This document shows, in pieces, positions 18,511 to 28,679 of a stretch of 64,000 bases of DNA. The stretch lies in NCBI GenBank assembly GCA_046498225.1, contig JAWOBF010000059.1, forward strand, positions 1-64,000. Reading direction: 5' to 3'. A program made the position numbers and the translations under genes. The stretch's first letter is position 1, and the number at the start of each line of letters is the position of its first letter. The DNA is from Candidatus Aegiribacteria sp. (GTDB lineage Bacteria > Fermentibacterota > Fermentibacteria > Fermentibacterales > JCC-6). The notes under the pieces are model-generated. The model worked only from the letters and a program-made list of their open reading frames with translations. It ran no database searches and was not told the DNA's origin.

Positions 18511-19793
18511 TCTATCCCTCCCTCAGCCCTTCTGATAAAGTACTTCCTCAGGAACAGCACTCCCGCCAGGGCGAAGAAGGCCGAAGACACGAGAAAGGCC
18601 TGGGAGTATCCCCCGAAATGAAGCAGCAGGCTTCCCAGTATGGGAGCGAAGCTGGCCCTCAGGGCTGTCATGGTCACATGAAGTCCCTGATAGGTGGCTT
18701 CCTGCCCCGGGGGGGCGAACTGAAGGCTGGAGATGTCCCAGGATATCTTGATGCCAGCCATACCCAGGGCGAATACGGCAAAGGCCAGGTAGAAAAGCGC
18801 CGTACCCGCGGCGGGGAACCAGTTGGCCATGGCCAGGGAGAGGGGGTAGAAGGCGAGTATCAGGCAGACAATCCCTGTGAACCGGAAAGGATGCAGTCTC
18901 TCCAGCCTGACACCCAGCATGGGCGAGAGGAACAGTATTCCCAGCTGGCCTATGACGCCTCTGGCCATGGCGTACTGTTCGTAATCCAGCTGCAGCCGGC
19001 GGGTGGCGAAGAATGGTATGACCGGCAGGACCATCAGGAAAGCTATTCCGTAGAGAAAGAAATATACCTCGAACCAGGCGAAGTCCCTGTCCTTTCTGAA
19101 AACCGCCCACAGGCTCCGCAGGAAGTGCGCCGAACCTCTTCCGGGAGACCTGTCCGCGACTTCCCTGTCCATGCCTTTTGCCATGATGGAAAGGAAGACC
19201 GCCTGTCCCGCTCCGAAGACCCCCTCGACCACAAAGAGTATCCTGTAGAACTGGAAGTCCATGTCCAGCAGGGCTCCCGCCAGCATGGCCACCGGAAGGC
19301 TGAACAGGGTGAACACGCTTATCCACCATCCGTAGAGCCTTGCCCTGTGACCGTCCGAATAGCGCTTCTTGATGATGCTGTTCTGCGCCGGCAGGATGAC
19401 GCTGTTGGACGTGAAGAAGAACATCAGCAGCAGAAGCATCAGGTTTACGCTGGAGGAGAAGAACATGAGTGCCACCGGAAGCCTGGTGAGCACGCCGAAC
19501 AGGAGTACGGCCCTGTCGTAGCGTCCCCTGCCGTCCAGCCAGTGGTTGATGAAGACCGACAGGATGTTGCTCACCGGCCACATCATGGTGAGGGCGGTTA
19601 TCTGCCAGGGCAGGGCATTGAGGCCGTTGACCGCTATGTACTCGTGGTTCAGGACCACACCCATGGAGATGCCGCCGGCGACGGCGGACAGCAGATGCAT
19701 CCTGAAGCACCGGCCCTCGGTCCTGCCCAGGGGCCTGAAGAATCTCCGGCTTCTCGGCCTGCCCCTGAGAGGAATCCAGGGGAAGTTATGCAT
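18507..19793 (-). CDS. MFS transporter
   Basis: About 12 hydrophobic segments; RARLYG loop; start taken at MHNFPW immediately after the cysC stop. Confidence 0.8.
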   Translation of the reverse strand: MHNFPWIPLRGRPRSRRFFRPLGRTEGRCFRMHLLSAVAGGISMGVVLNHEYIAVNGLNALPWQITALTMMWPVSNILSVFINHWLDGRGRYDRAVLLFGVLTRLPVALMFFSSSVNLMLLLLMFFFTSNSVILPAQNSIIKKRYSDGHRARLYGWWISVFTLFSLPVAMLAGALLDMDFQFYRILFVVEGVFGAGQAVFLSIMAKGMDREVADRSPGRGSAHFLRSLWAVFRKDRDFAWFEVYFFLYGIAFLMVLPVIPFFATRRLQLDYEQYAMARGVIGQLGILFLSPMLGVRLERLHPFRFTGIVCLILAFYPLSLAMANWFPAAGTALFYLAFAVFALGMAGIKISWDISSLQFAPPGQEATYQGLHVTMTALRASFAPILGSLLLHFGGYSQAFLVSSAFFALAGVLFLRKYFIRRAEGGIE

Positions 19794-19795
19794 TG

Positions 19796-20419
19796 TCAGC
19801 CGTTCTTCTTGATTATCGCTTTCTCTTCCAGGACCCTGATTATCTCCGCCGCGCACTCCTCGGGTGTGGATTCCGCCGTCTTCAGCACCACCTCCGGCGA
19901 CAGGGGCTCCTCGTAGGGAGCGGATATGCCTGTGAAGGAGGGTATCTCACCGCTCCTGGCCTTCTTGTAAAGCCCCTTGGGATCCCGTTCCTCGGCCACC
20001 TCCAGGGGAACTTCCACATAGACTTCCACGAAATCGTCATCCTCCTGAATGGACCTGGCGAAATCACGGTCCTCACGGTAGGGACTGATGAAGGCGAGGA
20101 TGTTCACTATGCCGAAGGAGCTGAACAGCCGCGCTACTTCCGAGATCCTGCGGATGTTCTCCTTCCTGTCCTCCGGAGAGAAGCCCAGGTCCCGGTTGAG
20201 ACCGTGCCTGATATTGTCCCCGTCCAGTATGGCCGTGAGCACACCCCTCTGGTGAAGCATCTCCGAGAGAACGTCCGCCACGGTCGATTTTCCCGACCCG
20301 GAGAGGCCGGTCAGCCAGATGGTGGCTCCCCTGTGACCGAGGAGTTTTTCCCTGTCGGCCCTGCAGATACCGTGATGGTGCCATGTAAGGTTGCTTCCCG
20401 CAGTCTTCTCCCGCTTCAT
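19796..20419 (-). CDS. cysC: Adenylyl-sulfate (APS) kinase
   Basis: [42 protein letters not shown]. Confidence 0.96.
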   Translation of the reverse strand: MKREKTAGSNLTWHHHGICRADREKLLGHRGATIWLTGLSGSGKSTVADVLSEMLHQRGVLTAILDGDNIRHGLNRDLGFSPEDRKENIRRISEVARLFSSFGIVNILAFISPYREDRDFARSIQEDDDFVEVYVEVPLEVAEERDPKGLYKKARSGEIPSFTGISAPYEEPLSPEVVLKTAESTPEECAAEIIRVLEEKAIIKKNG

Positions 20420-20542
20420 GATCGATGCTCCTGTTCCTTTTCCGATGCTTTGAATATGGTTTCACCTAGTGGAAAGTTTGACTATCATACATACTCAGAA
20501 AAGAAATCGCTAACCGTATCAACCGTTAACCGAGGAGTCGCC

Positions 20543-21517
20543 ATGCTCAGCAGAGATATCATCAGAGAGAACCTCTCCAGCTGTCTGACCGACACGTCAG
20601 GCCTGGGCCTTCCAGGCGGAAAACGGGGCAAGGTGAGGGACAGCTACGACCTGGGAGACAGGATGCTTCTGATAACCACAGACCGTCAGAGCGCCTTCGA
20701 CAGGGTGCTGGCCTCCGTTCCGTTCAAGGGACAGGTTCTCAACCAGGTCAGCGCCTACTGGTTCGACCGGACCTCGGACATCGTTCCCAACCACGTAATT
20801 TCCATACCCGATCCCTGCGCGACTCTGGCTGTCAAATGCGAAGTATATCCGGTGGAGTTCATCGTCCGGGGTTACCTTACCGGAAGCACCAGCACCTCCG
20901 CCTGGACTCTCTACAGCGGCGGAAACAGGAATATCTGCGGGAACATCCTTCCGGACGGAATGGTGAAGAACCAGAAGTTCCCCGAACCCATCGTCACTCC
21001 CACCACGAAGAGCGAAGAGCACGACGAGTCCATCACTCCAGAGGAGATAGTGGAAAGAGGGCTGATGACCGCCGGGGAATGGGAGCAGGCTTCCGCAACC
21101 GCACTGAAGCTGTTCAAAAGGGGCATGGAAATGGCCGCGGAGAACGGCCTGATACTGGTGGACACGAAGTACGAACTGGGCAGGAACGGCAAGGGGGAGA
21201 TGGTCCTGGTGGACGAGATACATACTCCGGATTCATCCAGGTACTGGCTCGCCGACAGCTACGGGGAGAGGTTCGGAAAGGGACTGGAGCCGGAGAACAT
21301 AGACAAGGAGTTCCTGAGGCTGTGGTTCCGGGACAACTGCGACCCCTACGCGGACCGGGAGCTGCCGAGGGCGCCGGACGATCTGGTAGTGGAGCTTTCC
21401 AGGAGGTACATCCAGCTGTACGAGATGATCACCGGAAGGGAATTCCAGCCTGTACTGGATGTCGAACCCCTTGAAAGGCTCCGCAGAAACCTCATGGGGT
21501 CAGGTCTTGCATTATAG
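20543..21517 (+). CDS. purC: SAICAR synthase
   Basis: GKVRDSY, TDRQSAFD, RGYLTGS, TPTTK, DTKYELG, DEIHTPDSSRYW; RBS GAGGAG before ATG 20543. Confidence 0.96.
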   Translation: MLSRDIIRENLSSCLTDTSGLGLPGGKRGKVRDSYDLGDRMLLITTDRQSAFDRVLASVPFKGQVLNQVSAYWFDRTSDIVPNHVISIPDPCATLAVKCEVYPVEFIVRGYLTGSTSTSAWTLYSGGNRNICGNILPDGMVKNQKFPEPIVTPTTKSEEHDESITPEEIVERGLMTAGEWEQASATALKLFKRGMEMAAENGLILVDTKYELGRNGKGEMVLVDEIHTPDSSRYWLADSYGERFGKGLEPENIDKEFLRLWFRDNCDPYADRELPRAPDDLVVELSRRYIQLYEMITGREFQPVLDVEPLERLRRNLMGSGLAL

Positions 21518-21619
21518 CATTTATGGCATGACGTAAATATAATTATTTATTAAAACGCATGTTGTAGTCGATATGCTGCCGTCTGACTGAAGCTGGCCTT
21601 TTCAGGAATGTCTCAAGGA

Positions 21620-23740
21620 TCATTTTGGCTGGTTGTCGGAATTTGAGTCCGCTCCCCACAGGTCAAGGGTGTCGGACGATTTCTGTTTGAGTTCCTCGGA
21701 TTTCCTTATCACTTCCTCGGGAGAAAGGGGCTCCCCCTTCGTTTCCTCACCGCTTCCGCCGTTCTCTCCGGACAGCTCCTCCTCTCCTTCGTCCCGCTCG
21801 TCGCCGTCTTCCGTGTCCTCGGGACCGTCCTCATCCTCCATGGGAATTCCGCGAATGCTGGAGACAATCTTCCTGCCGCACAGCTGAACGCCCTTGGCGG
21901 AATCGCTGGTAACCCTGAAGTCGGATATGAGCGCTTCCTCCTTGCGCTTGCGCATCCTCTTCTTCCTCTGGAACCAGATATCCAGTTTCATCTCCTCCTC
22001 GGCGGTAAAGAACAGCAGGCTGCCTTTCCCCGGAATGAAACGGTACTCCTTGTCCATGATGAAACTGTCCACCCGGAACCTCTTTATGTAGGCTATGTCG
22101 GTCTTCTCCTGCCTGTAGACCACGGTGAAGACCCTCTCCCTGTCCAGGACCCCGCAGTAGAGGACCGTTCCGTCGATGAAGTACTTGTCCTGCACCGGCA
22201 CCACTCTGTAAGTACCGTCGTCCAGGAAGAAGACGAAACGGTCGTACTCGGATACGCTGAAGGACCTCTCGCCCTTTATGGTGGTGCCCAGCAGGCCGGT
22301 CTCCCGGTTGAATCCGGCCTTGAGATTCCTGATAGCCACCTCCTTGACGTCGATGTCGCTGAAATCCTCCACCACGGTAAGTCTGGGGTAGCTCTTTCCG
22401 TACCTCTCCAGCAGGGACTCCAGGTAATCCACCGCGTAACCTACTATGTTCCTCAGATGTGACCTCGCCAGTTTCATGTCGGCACTGATGGTGCCCATTT
22501 CTTCCCGGTGGCTCTCGATATCGAACCTGGATATCCTTCTTATCTTCAGGCCGAGAAGCCTCTCCAGGTCCTCCCCCGTCATCTCTATACCCTGATCCTC
22601 CAGGAAGGGCTTCATTCCCTTCCTGACCGTGCTCCGTATCTTCTCCAGGGACCTGCATTCCTCTATCTGCTTGTAGATCCTGTTCTCTATGAATATCTGC
22701 TCGAGAGTGAGCCAGTGCAGTTTCTCCTCACAGTCGGATATCTCCAGTTTAAGCTCCAGCTTCAGTATCTCGATCAGGCGGCCGGTGCAGTAGTGGACCG
22801 CTTCAGATACTGTGGTGTCCACCGGGTTTCCCTCCTCTATCACCACCACCTTGGAGGAGTGAGAGGTCTCACAGTCGGTGTGGGCGAAGAGCCTCTTGAT
22901 CCCTTCGTCTGCCGTGACACCCCTGGAGAGCCGGATGTTTATCTCCACCCTGTCCGTGGTGTAGTCGTCGATGGAGGATATCTTCACCTTCCCCTTCTTG
23001 GACGCCAGCTCGATGGAGCTGATCACGGATTCGGTAGTGGTGCCCCAGGGCAGTTCCCGGATGACCAGGTTCTTGTTCCCGTCTATCTCTATTCGGGCCC
23101 TGTTCCTTATCCTGCCCCTGCCGTCCTCGTAATCGGATACGTCTATCCTGCCTCCCTGCGGAAAGTCCGGGTACAGCTGGAAATCCCGGCCCTTGAGGCA
23201 GGCTATCTGCGCCCTGAGCACCTCCTGGAAGTTGTGGGGGAGTATTCGGGTGGACATGCCCACCGCTATTCCCTCCGCTCCCAGAAGGAGAAGGACCGGC
23301 AGCTTGGCCGGCAGGAGGACAGGTTCCTGATTCCTTCCATCGTAGCTGGAGACGAAATCGGTTATTCTTTTATTGAAGAGGGTCTCCCGGGCCAGCTCGG
23401 TGAGCCTGCACTCGATATACCTGGCGGCGGATGCCTCGTCACCGGTCAGGATGTTGCCGAAATTACCCTGTTTCTCGATGAAGTACCCCCTGTTGGCCAG
23501 GGACACAAGGGCGTCTCCTATGGACCTGTCGCCGTGGGGATGGTACTGCATGCAGTGGCCTATCACGTTGGCCACCTTGTTGAACCTTCCGTCATCCTTC
23601 TGGAAAAGCGACCAGAGTATCCTTCTCTGCACCGGTTTCAGGCCGTCGGCCACGTCGGGTATGGCCCTGTCCTTGATGACGTAGGAGGCGTACTCCAGGA
23701 AATTGCGCCTGTAGAGCCTGCGAAGGCTGGTCTCGCTCAT
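21620..23740 (-). CDS. parC: Type IIA topoisomerase subunit A (topo IV ParC-like), acidic C-terminal tail
   Basis: DGLKPVQRRIL, YHPHGD, AARYIECRL; no GyrA-box seen. Confidence 0.85.
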   Translation of the reverse strand: MSETSLRRLYRRNFLEYASYVIKDRAIPDVADGLKPVQRRILWSLFQKDDGRFNKVANVIGHCMQYHPHGDRSIGDALVSLANRGYFIEKQGNFGNILTGDEASAARYIECRLTELARETLFNKRITDFVSSYDGRNQEPVLLPAKLPVLLLLGAEGIAVGMSTRILPHNFQEVLRAQIACLKGRDFQLYPDFPQGGRIDVSDYEDGRGRIRNRARIEIDGNKNLVIRELPWGTTTESVISSIELASKKGKVKISSIDDYTTDRVEINIRLSRGVTADEGIKRLFAHTDCETSHSSKVVVIEEGNPVDTTVSEAVHYCTGRLIEILKLELKLEISDCEEKLHWLTLEQIFIENRIYKQIEECRSLEKIRSTVRKGMKPFLEDQGIEMTGEDLERLLGLKIRRISRFDIESHREEMGTISADMKLARSHLRNIVGYAVDYLESLLERYGKSYPRLTVVEDFSDIDVKEVAIRNLKAGFNRETGLLGTTIKGERSFSVSEYDRFVFFLDDGTYRVVPVQDKYFIDGTVLYCGVLDRERVFTVVYRQEKTDIAYIKRFRVDSFIMDKEYRFIPGKGSLLFFTAEEEMKLDIWFQRKKRMRKRKEEALISDFRVTSDSAKGVQLCGRKIVSSIRGIPMEDEDGPEDTEDGDERDEGEEELSGENGGSGEETKGEPLSPEEVIRKSEELKQKSSDTLDLWGADSNSDNQPK

Positions 23741-25548
23741 ACAAGGTTCTCCATTATATAATCGCGCCGGTCGGGAGTGTTGCGTCCCATGAAGAAATCC
23801 AGCATGTCCGGCACCTCTTTCAGCCTGGTTATCCTGACCGGTTCCAGGCGCATGTTCTCCCCAATGAACTGGCCGAATTCGCCGGGTGATATCTCTCCCA
23901 GACCCTTGAACCTGGTTATCTCCGCCTTTGGCCCCAGCTTGCCCACGGCCGACCTGCGCTCCTTTTCGCTGTAGCAGTAGATGGTCTCGTTCTTGTTCCT
24001 GACCCTGAAAATGGGAGTTTCGAGAATGAAGAGATGCTCGTCCAGCACCAGCCCTTCGAAGAAGTGAAGGAAGAGGGTAAGCAGGAGGTTCCTTATATGC
24101 ATGCCGTCAACGTCCGCGTCGGTGGCCAGAACTATGCGGTTGTACCTGAGCCCCTCCAGTTCGTTCTCTATATTCAGGGCGCGCATCATGTTGTAGATCT
24201 CTTCGTTCTTGTACACGGTATCCTGCTTCTTCCCGTAGCAGTTGAGGGGTTTTCCTCGAAGGGCGAATACCGCCTGGGTCTGGACGTCCCTGCTGGCTAT
24301 GATGCTGCCGGAGGCGCTGGCGCCCTCCGTGAGGAATATGGTGGTCTCCTCCGCTCTGGGATGGTCGTCCCCGTAGTGCACCTTGCAGTCCTTCAGGCTT
24401 GGTATGCGCAGGGCGACCTGCTTCGCCCTCTGCTTGGCCTGTTTCCTGACCGTGCTCAGTTCCGTTCTTATCTTCCGGTTGGTCTGGACCTTGTCCACCA
24501 GCACTGAGGCCACTTCCGGGTTCCTGTGCAGATGCTGCTCCAGCTCCATCTTCACCCTGCTGGCCACCCACCCCCGAATATCGTTGTTGCCCAGTCTGGT
24601 CTTGGTCTGGGATTCGAAGACAGGTTCCTTCAGCCGTATGGATATGGCGGCTATTATCCCTTCCCTCACGTCCTTTCCGGAATAGGACTCGCCGGTGAAG
24701 GAATTGATTCCCCTGGTTATTCCCTCCTTGAATGCCGATAGGTGGGTCCCGCCGCTGGAGGTGTACTGCCCGTTGGCGAAGGAGAGGTAGCGCTCTCCGT
24801 AATCGGTGGTGTGGGTGATGGCGAATTCCAGGGTCTTCTCCCTGAAGAATATCACCGGGTACATGGCGGAATCACCCGCCTCCTCCTGCAGAAGGTCCAT
24901 CAGGCCGTCATCGGAGACGAAGGTCTCCCCGTTCAGCACTATCTTCAGGCCGGCGTTCAGATGGGCGTAGTGCTGGCACCTGTCCTGAAGGAATTCCTCC
25001 CTGAAGCTGTATTCCCCGAAGATCTCACGGTCGGGTGTGAATTCCACCATGGTGCCGTTCTTCGCGTCGGTCTCACCGGTGGTGTCCTCTTTCAGCTCTC
25101 CCCTCTCGTACACTACTTCACGGTAGCTTCCGTCACGGCAGCTGACCACCCGGAAGCTCTCCGACAGAGCATTCACCGCCTTGGTGCCGATGCCGTTGAG
25201 TCCCACGCTGAACATGAACACGTCGGTGTTGTACTTGGCGCCGGTGTTGATGCGGGACACGCATTCCACGAGTTTTCCCAGGGGAATGCCCCTTCCGTAA
25301 TCCCTGACCGTCATGCGGGTCCCGTCGCAGGTGACCTTTATCCGCTTGCCGTGGCCCATGATGTACTCGTCCACCGAGTTGTCCATGACCTCCTTGAACA
25401 GGACGTATATCCCGTCGTCGGGATGGGAACCGCTGCCCAGCCGTCCAATGTACATTCCGGTTCGAAGACGGATGTGTTCTATGGAGGATAATGTCTTAAC
25501 CTTGCTCTCGTCGTAGACCTGAGTACCAGCTGAGGTATTTTTTGTCAT
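23737..25548 (-). CDS. parE: Type IIA topoisomerase subunit B (topo IV ParE-like)
   Basis: EHIRLRTGMYIG, EVMDNSVDE, DYGRGIP, TEGASA, LRGKPLN, TDADVDGMHI, RFKGLGE. Confidence 0.87.
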   Translation of the reverse strand: MTKNTSAGTQVYDESKVKTLSSIEHIRLRTGMYIGRLGSGSHPDDGIYVLFKEVMDNSVDEYIMGHGKRIKVTCDGTRMTVRDYGRGIPLGKLVECVSRINTGAKYNTDVFMFSVGLNGIGTKAVNALSESFRVVSCRDGSYREVVYERGELKEDTTGETDAKNGTMVEFTPDREIFGEYSFREEFLQDRCQHYAHLNAGLKIVLNGETFVSDDGLMDLLQEEAGDSAMYPVIFFREKTLEFAITHTTDYGERYLSFANGQYTSSGGTHLSAFKEGITRGINSFTGESYSGKDVREGIIAAISIRLKEPVFESQTKTRLGNNDIRGWVASRVKMELEQHLHRNPEVASVLVDKVQTNRKIRTELSTVRKQAKQRAKQVALRIPSLKDCKVHYGDDHPRAEETTIFLTEGASASGSIIASRDVQTQAVFALRGKPLNCYGKKQDTVYKNEEIYNMMRALNIENELEGLRYNRIVLATDADVDGMHIRNLLLTLFLHFFEGLVLDEHLFILETPIFRVRNKNETIYCYSEKERRSAVGKLGPKAEITRFKGLGEISPGEFGQFIGENMRLEPVRITRLKEVPDMLDFFMGRNTPDRRDYIMENLV

Positions 25549-25694
25549 TTTACACCATATGTTATGCGTTCATCGAAGTCCTAACACAGCATATAGTATA
25601 CGAACGCCGGCAGCACAGTGCCAGCCTCAGCATGGTGTGGCGCAGGTGAATCGGGACTACGATATATAGTATCGGGCGCTGGTCCGGAACGGTC

Positions 25695-26756
25695 TCAGGG
25701 AAGCATCTCCCTTACCTTTATGGCCAGTTTCCTCAATGCGGAGTTCCGTCCGCGGAAATTGAACACGGACTTCTTCTCTATCCCCTCGAGTACGGAAGTG
25801 TCACAGTCCAGGGAGTCCAGAAAACGTTCGAAGCCCTCGGGCGGCTCATCCGGCTCACGCCGCTCCACGGTCTTCAGGGCCTCTTCCCTGGATATCACTC
25901 CGGACCTGACCATGTTCGCGTAGAGGTACGTGTACTTGCCGAACCCGGTCCTCATTCGGAACAGGTAGCTGGAATGGGGCGTAGCCAGGCAGTCGTAGCG
26001 TACATCTGCCATGGACTTGCCGAAGTCCAGCTCCCGGTTCAGTGTTTCGTATATCTCAGGCAGGTCCCATCGGATGAAGTCCGGCAGGTTTATCTGCTTC
26101 ACCCTGAACATCCTCTTCCAGGAGGGGAAGAAGTAGTCCCATCTGAGTTCCTTCAGAGGCACGTGGCCCTTCATTATGTTCCTGAAGCATACCCGGTCCA
26201 TGTAGGAGGTCTCCCGCGGAGGGGCCTCCAGCATGTCGGAGAACCCGGCGGCTATCAGTCTTATCCCCTGGCTGTCCGCCGCCCTGAATATCGCCGTGGG
26301 CATCAGGACCACGCAGGCGGAGCAGAACTCTCCTGTGGCCTCCAGGGCTCTTCTGTACACCTTCTTCAGCAGCTGGAAATCCGGCGAATATGTTATCAGG
26401 TCAACTCCCAGCCTGTCTGCGGCTTTCTTTACGAACGCCAGCGCTCCAGGGTCCTGGAAGCCGTTATCGAAATTGAAAGCCAGGCACCTCATTCCATACC
26501 TGTTTTTCAGTGTCCACAGTGTGTAGGTGCTGTCCTTGCCCCCGCTGAAGGGAACCATCACATCGTATTTTTCGCCCCTGCCGCGGTACCGGTCCAGTAT
26601 TCTCTCAAGCTTCTTTTTTCTTGCGTCCCAGTCAATGTCGGAATACCTGGCGTCATGCTCCCTGCAGACCCGGCACACCCCTTCGTCGTCGAAATCGATG
26701 TTCGGGTAGTTCTCCGGCAGTATGCAGCGGGTGCATCTCCTGACATCTTCCTTCAT
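25695..26756 (-). CDS. N-acetyl-sugar amidotransferase-like PP-loop ATPase (WbpG/PseA family)
   Basis: CTRCILP...GVCRVC, PP-loop FSGGKDSTY, FDNGF, CSAC; RBS GGAGG. Confidence 0.8.
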   Translation of the reverse strand: MKEDVRRCTRCILPENYPNIDFDDEGVCRVCREHDARYSDIDWDARKKKLERILDRYRGRGEKYDVMVPFSGGKDSTYTLWTLKNRYGMRCLAFNFDNGFQDPGALAFVKKAADRLGVDLITYSPDFQLLKKVYRRALEATGEFCSACVVLMPTAIFRAADSQGIRLIAAGFSDMLEAPPRETSYMDRVCFRNIMKGHVPLKELRWDYFFPSWKRMFRVKQINLPDFIRWDLPEIYETLNRELDFGKSMADVRYDCLATPHSSYLFRMRTGFGKYTYLYANMVRSGVISREEALKTVERREPDEPPEGFERFLDSLDCDTSVLEGIEKKSVFNFRGRNSALRKLAIKVREMLP

Positions 26757-26845
26757 CGGCAAACCTCCATGGTGCGGAATATATTTCCTAGTATTTTAAT
26801 ATATAATACCACCGGCGGGAAACGGGCAATGCTCGACAGGAGGTT

Positions 26846-28588
26846 TCAGACCCGGTAGGAGACTTCCTCCTCCAGCCCGGCCTCCCTCAGGACTTCCTTC
26901 CTGCGGACCTTTCTCGTGGTGGTCTTGGGGAATTCGTCCTCCCTGATGATGAAACGGGCTATCCTCTTGTAGATGGGCTGGGATGAGTTGAAATCCCTGA
27001 CAACTTTCCTCATGTAGTCCGCCAGGTATTCCGTTGTCAGGCTGAAACCGTTCTCCTCGGCGGTGAGGATGAATTTCTCCATGTCCGGCACCACGATGAG
27101 CCAGATCTCCTCGCCCTTGGTTTCCGTCTGTTTGCCGGCCACCATGCATTCCAGGATATAACCGTCCCTGCCTACCACCAGCTCTATCTCCTCCGGGTAG
27201 ACGTTCTTCCCGTTCTTTGCCACTATGACGTTCTTCTTCCGGCCGGTTATGAAGATGAAGCCGTCGTCGTCTATGTGGCCGTAGTCCCCGGTCCTGAACC
27301 ACCCGTCCTCCGAAAGGACCTCGGAAGTGGCCTCGGGGTTCCTGTAATAACCCTTCATGACATTGGGACCCCTGGCCAGTATCTCGCCGTTCCCGTCAAG
27401 GTCCGGGTCCTCTATCCTCACCGTGACGCCGGGCAGCACCGGCCCCACGGACCCCACCCTGTTCCTCTCCAGGGTGTTCACCGAGATTATGGGCGAGGTC
27501 TCCGTGAGCCCGTAGCCCTGAAGGAAGGTGAAACCAAGCTTCTGAAAACCATCCACCACGTCCGGGGCGATGCCGGCCCCGCCTGAGATGCAGAGCCTCA
27601 TCCTGCCTCCCAGCTTGTCGTGGACCTTCGAGAATATCTTCTTTCTGATCTTCCTGCTTCCCAGCAGCTCGCCGACACTGGATATGGTGAGGCCCAGCCT
27701 GTATTTGAAGGCTCCGCCGGGCATGGACTGGATGGCTCCGTATATCTTCCTGTACATGGCTTCCCAAAGAAGCGGGACCGCGAGAAGTATGGTGGCCCTG
27801 GAGTTGACGATGTCCTCCGCTATCTGACGGACTCCTCTGCTGATGTAGATCGGGACGCCGTTTGTTACCGGGAAGAGAAAGCCGCAGGTGCATTCGAAAG
27901 TATGGTGGACCGGAAGGATGGACAGGAATATGTCGCCCTCCTCAATATCAACGCTCTGAGCCATCTGCCTGATGTTTGCCAGGATGTTGTTCTGGGACAG
28001 GACCACGCCCTTGGCCTGACCGGTGGTGCCGGAGGTGTAGCAGATGGCAGCCGGCCTGTCCAGGTCCCAGCTGTCCGGAAGCACCGCGGAGCTTCCCGAG
28101 CCGTCCCTTATCAGGTCGTCGTGGGTGGGGATACCGTCGTAGTGCGCGGTGTTCATCACCGTCATAACTATATCCCGGCCGGACAGCCTGTCGGTGAAAT
28201 CCTCCGCGTACCTCTCGTCGAAGAAAAGCATGTTGGCGCCGGAGTAATGAAGAATGGTGAGCATCTCCTGCACCGGAAGCTCCCTGTCTATGGGGACCAC
28301 GGTCCCTCCGGCCCTCAGGGTGGCCAGATAGGTCGTGGCCCAGGCTATGCTGTTGCTGCCGGTCAGACCCACAACGGGGTTTTCGCACCTGTCCAGGATG
28401 GCGCGGGCCAGCGCGTCGACCCTTCTTCTCAGTTCCCTGAAGGTCATGGAGTGGTATCCGCCACCGGCATCCGGCTCGCTGAAAGCGATCCTGTCGGGAT
28501 GCTTCTCCGCTATGGCCATAAGACCCTCGGGTATGCTCTTCAGGCCGGGATCCTCACGCAACTCCACGCCGGTAGTCTCGGTTTTCAT
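26846..28588 (-). CDS. Long-chain fatty acid-CoA ligase
   Basis: YTSGTTGQAKGV, ILPVHHTFE, SGGA, QGYGLTETSP, FRTGD, TGRKKNVIV. Confidence 0.92.
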   Translation of the reverse strand: MKTETTGVELREDPGLKSIPEGLMAIAEKHPDRIAFSEPDAGGGYHSMTFRELRRRVDALARAILDRCENPVVGLTGSNSIAWATTYLATLRAGGTVVPIDRELPVQEMLTILHYSGANMLFFDERYAEDFTDRLSGRDIVMTVMNTAHYDGIPTHDDLIRDGSGSSAVLPDSWDLDRPAAICYTSGTTGQAKGVVLSQNNILANIRQMAQSVDIEEGDIFLSILPVHHTFECTCGFLFPVTNGVPIYISRGVRQIAEDIVNSRATILLAVPLLWEAMYRKIYGAIQSMPGGAFKYRLGLTISSVGELLGSRKIRKKIFSKVHDKLGGRMRLCISGGAGIAPDVVDGFQKLGFTFLQGYGLTETSPIISVNTLERNRVGSVGPVLPGVTVRIEDPDLDGNGEILARGPNVMKGYYRNPEATSEVLSEDGWFRTGDYGHIDDDGFIFITGRKKNVIVAKNGKNVYPEEIELVVGRDGYILECMVAGKQTETKGEEIWLIVVPDMEKFILTAEENGFSLTTEYLADYMRKVVRDFNSSQPIYKRIARFIIREDEFPKTTTRKVRRKEVLREAGLEEEVSYRV

Positions 28589-28679
28589 CCTCAACACCTC
28601 ACTGAAATGCGGTGATAAACGGGCAGTTCACTGTGTGGTATCAATAACACAGCATGCAGCTCGTGAAAAGTCCGCCGAA

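Noticed and set aside
19793..20542. N-terminal extension making purC 574 aa
   Set aside because: Antisense to cysC; PurC motifs and a GAGGAG RBS start at 20543
21520..21560. dif site next to parC
   Set aside because: No TTATGTTAAAT-like XerD arm with correct 11-6-11 spacing
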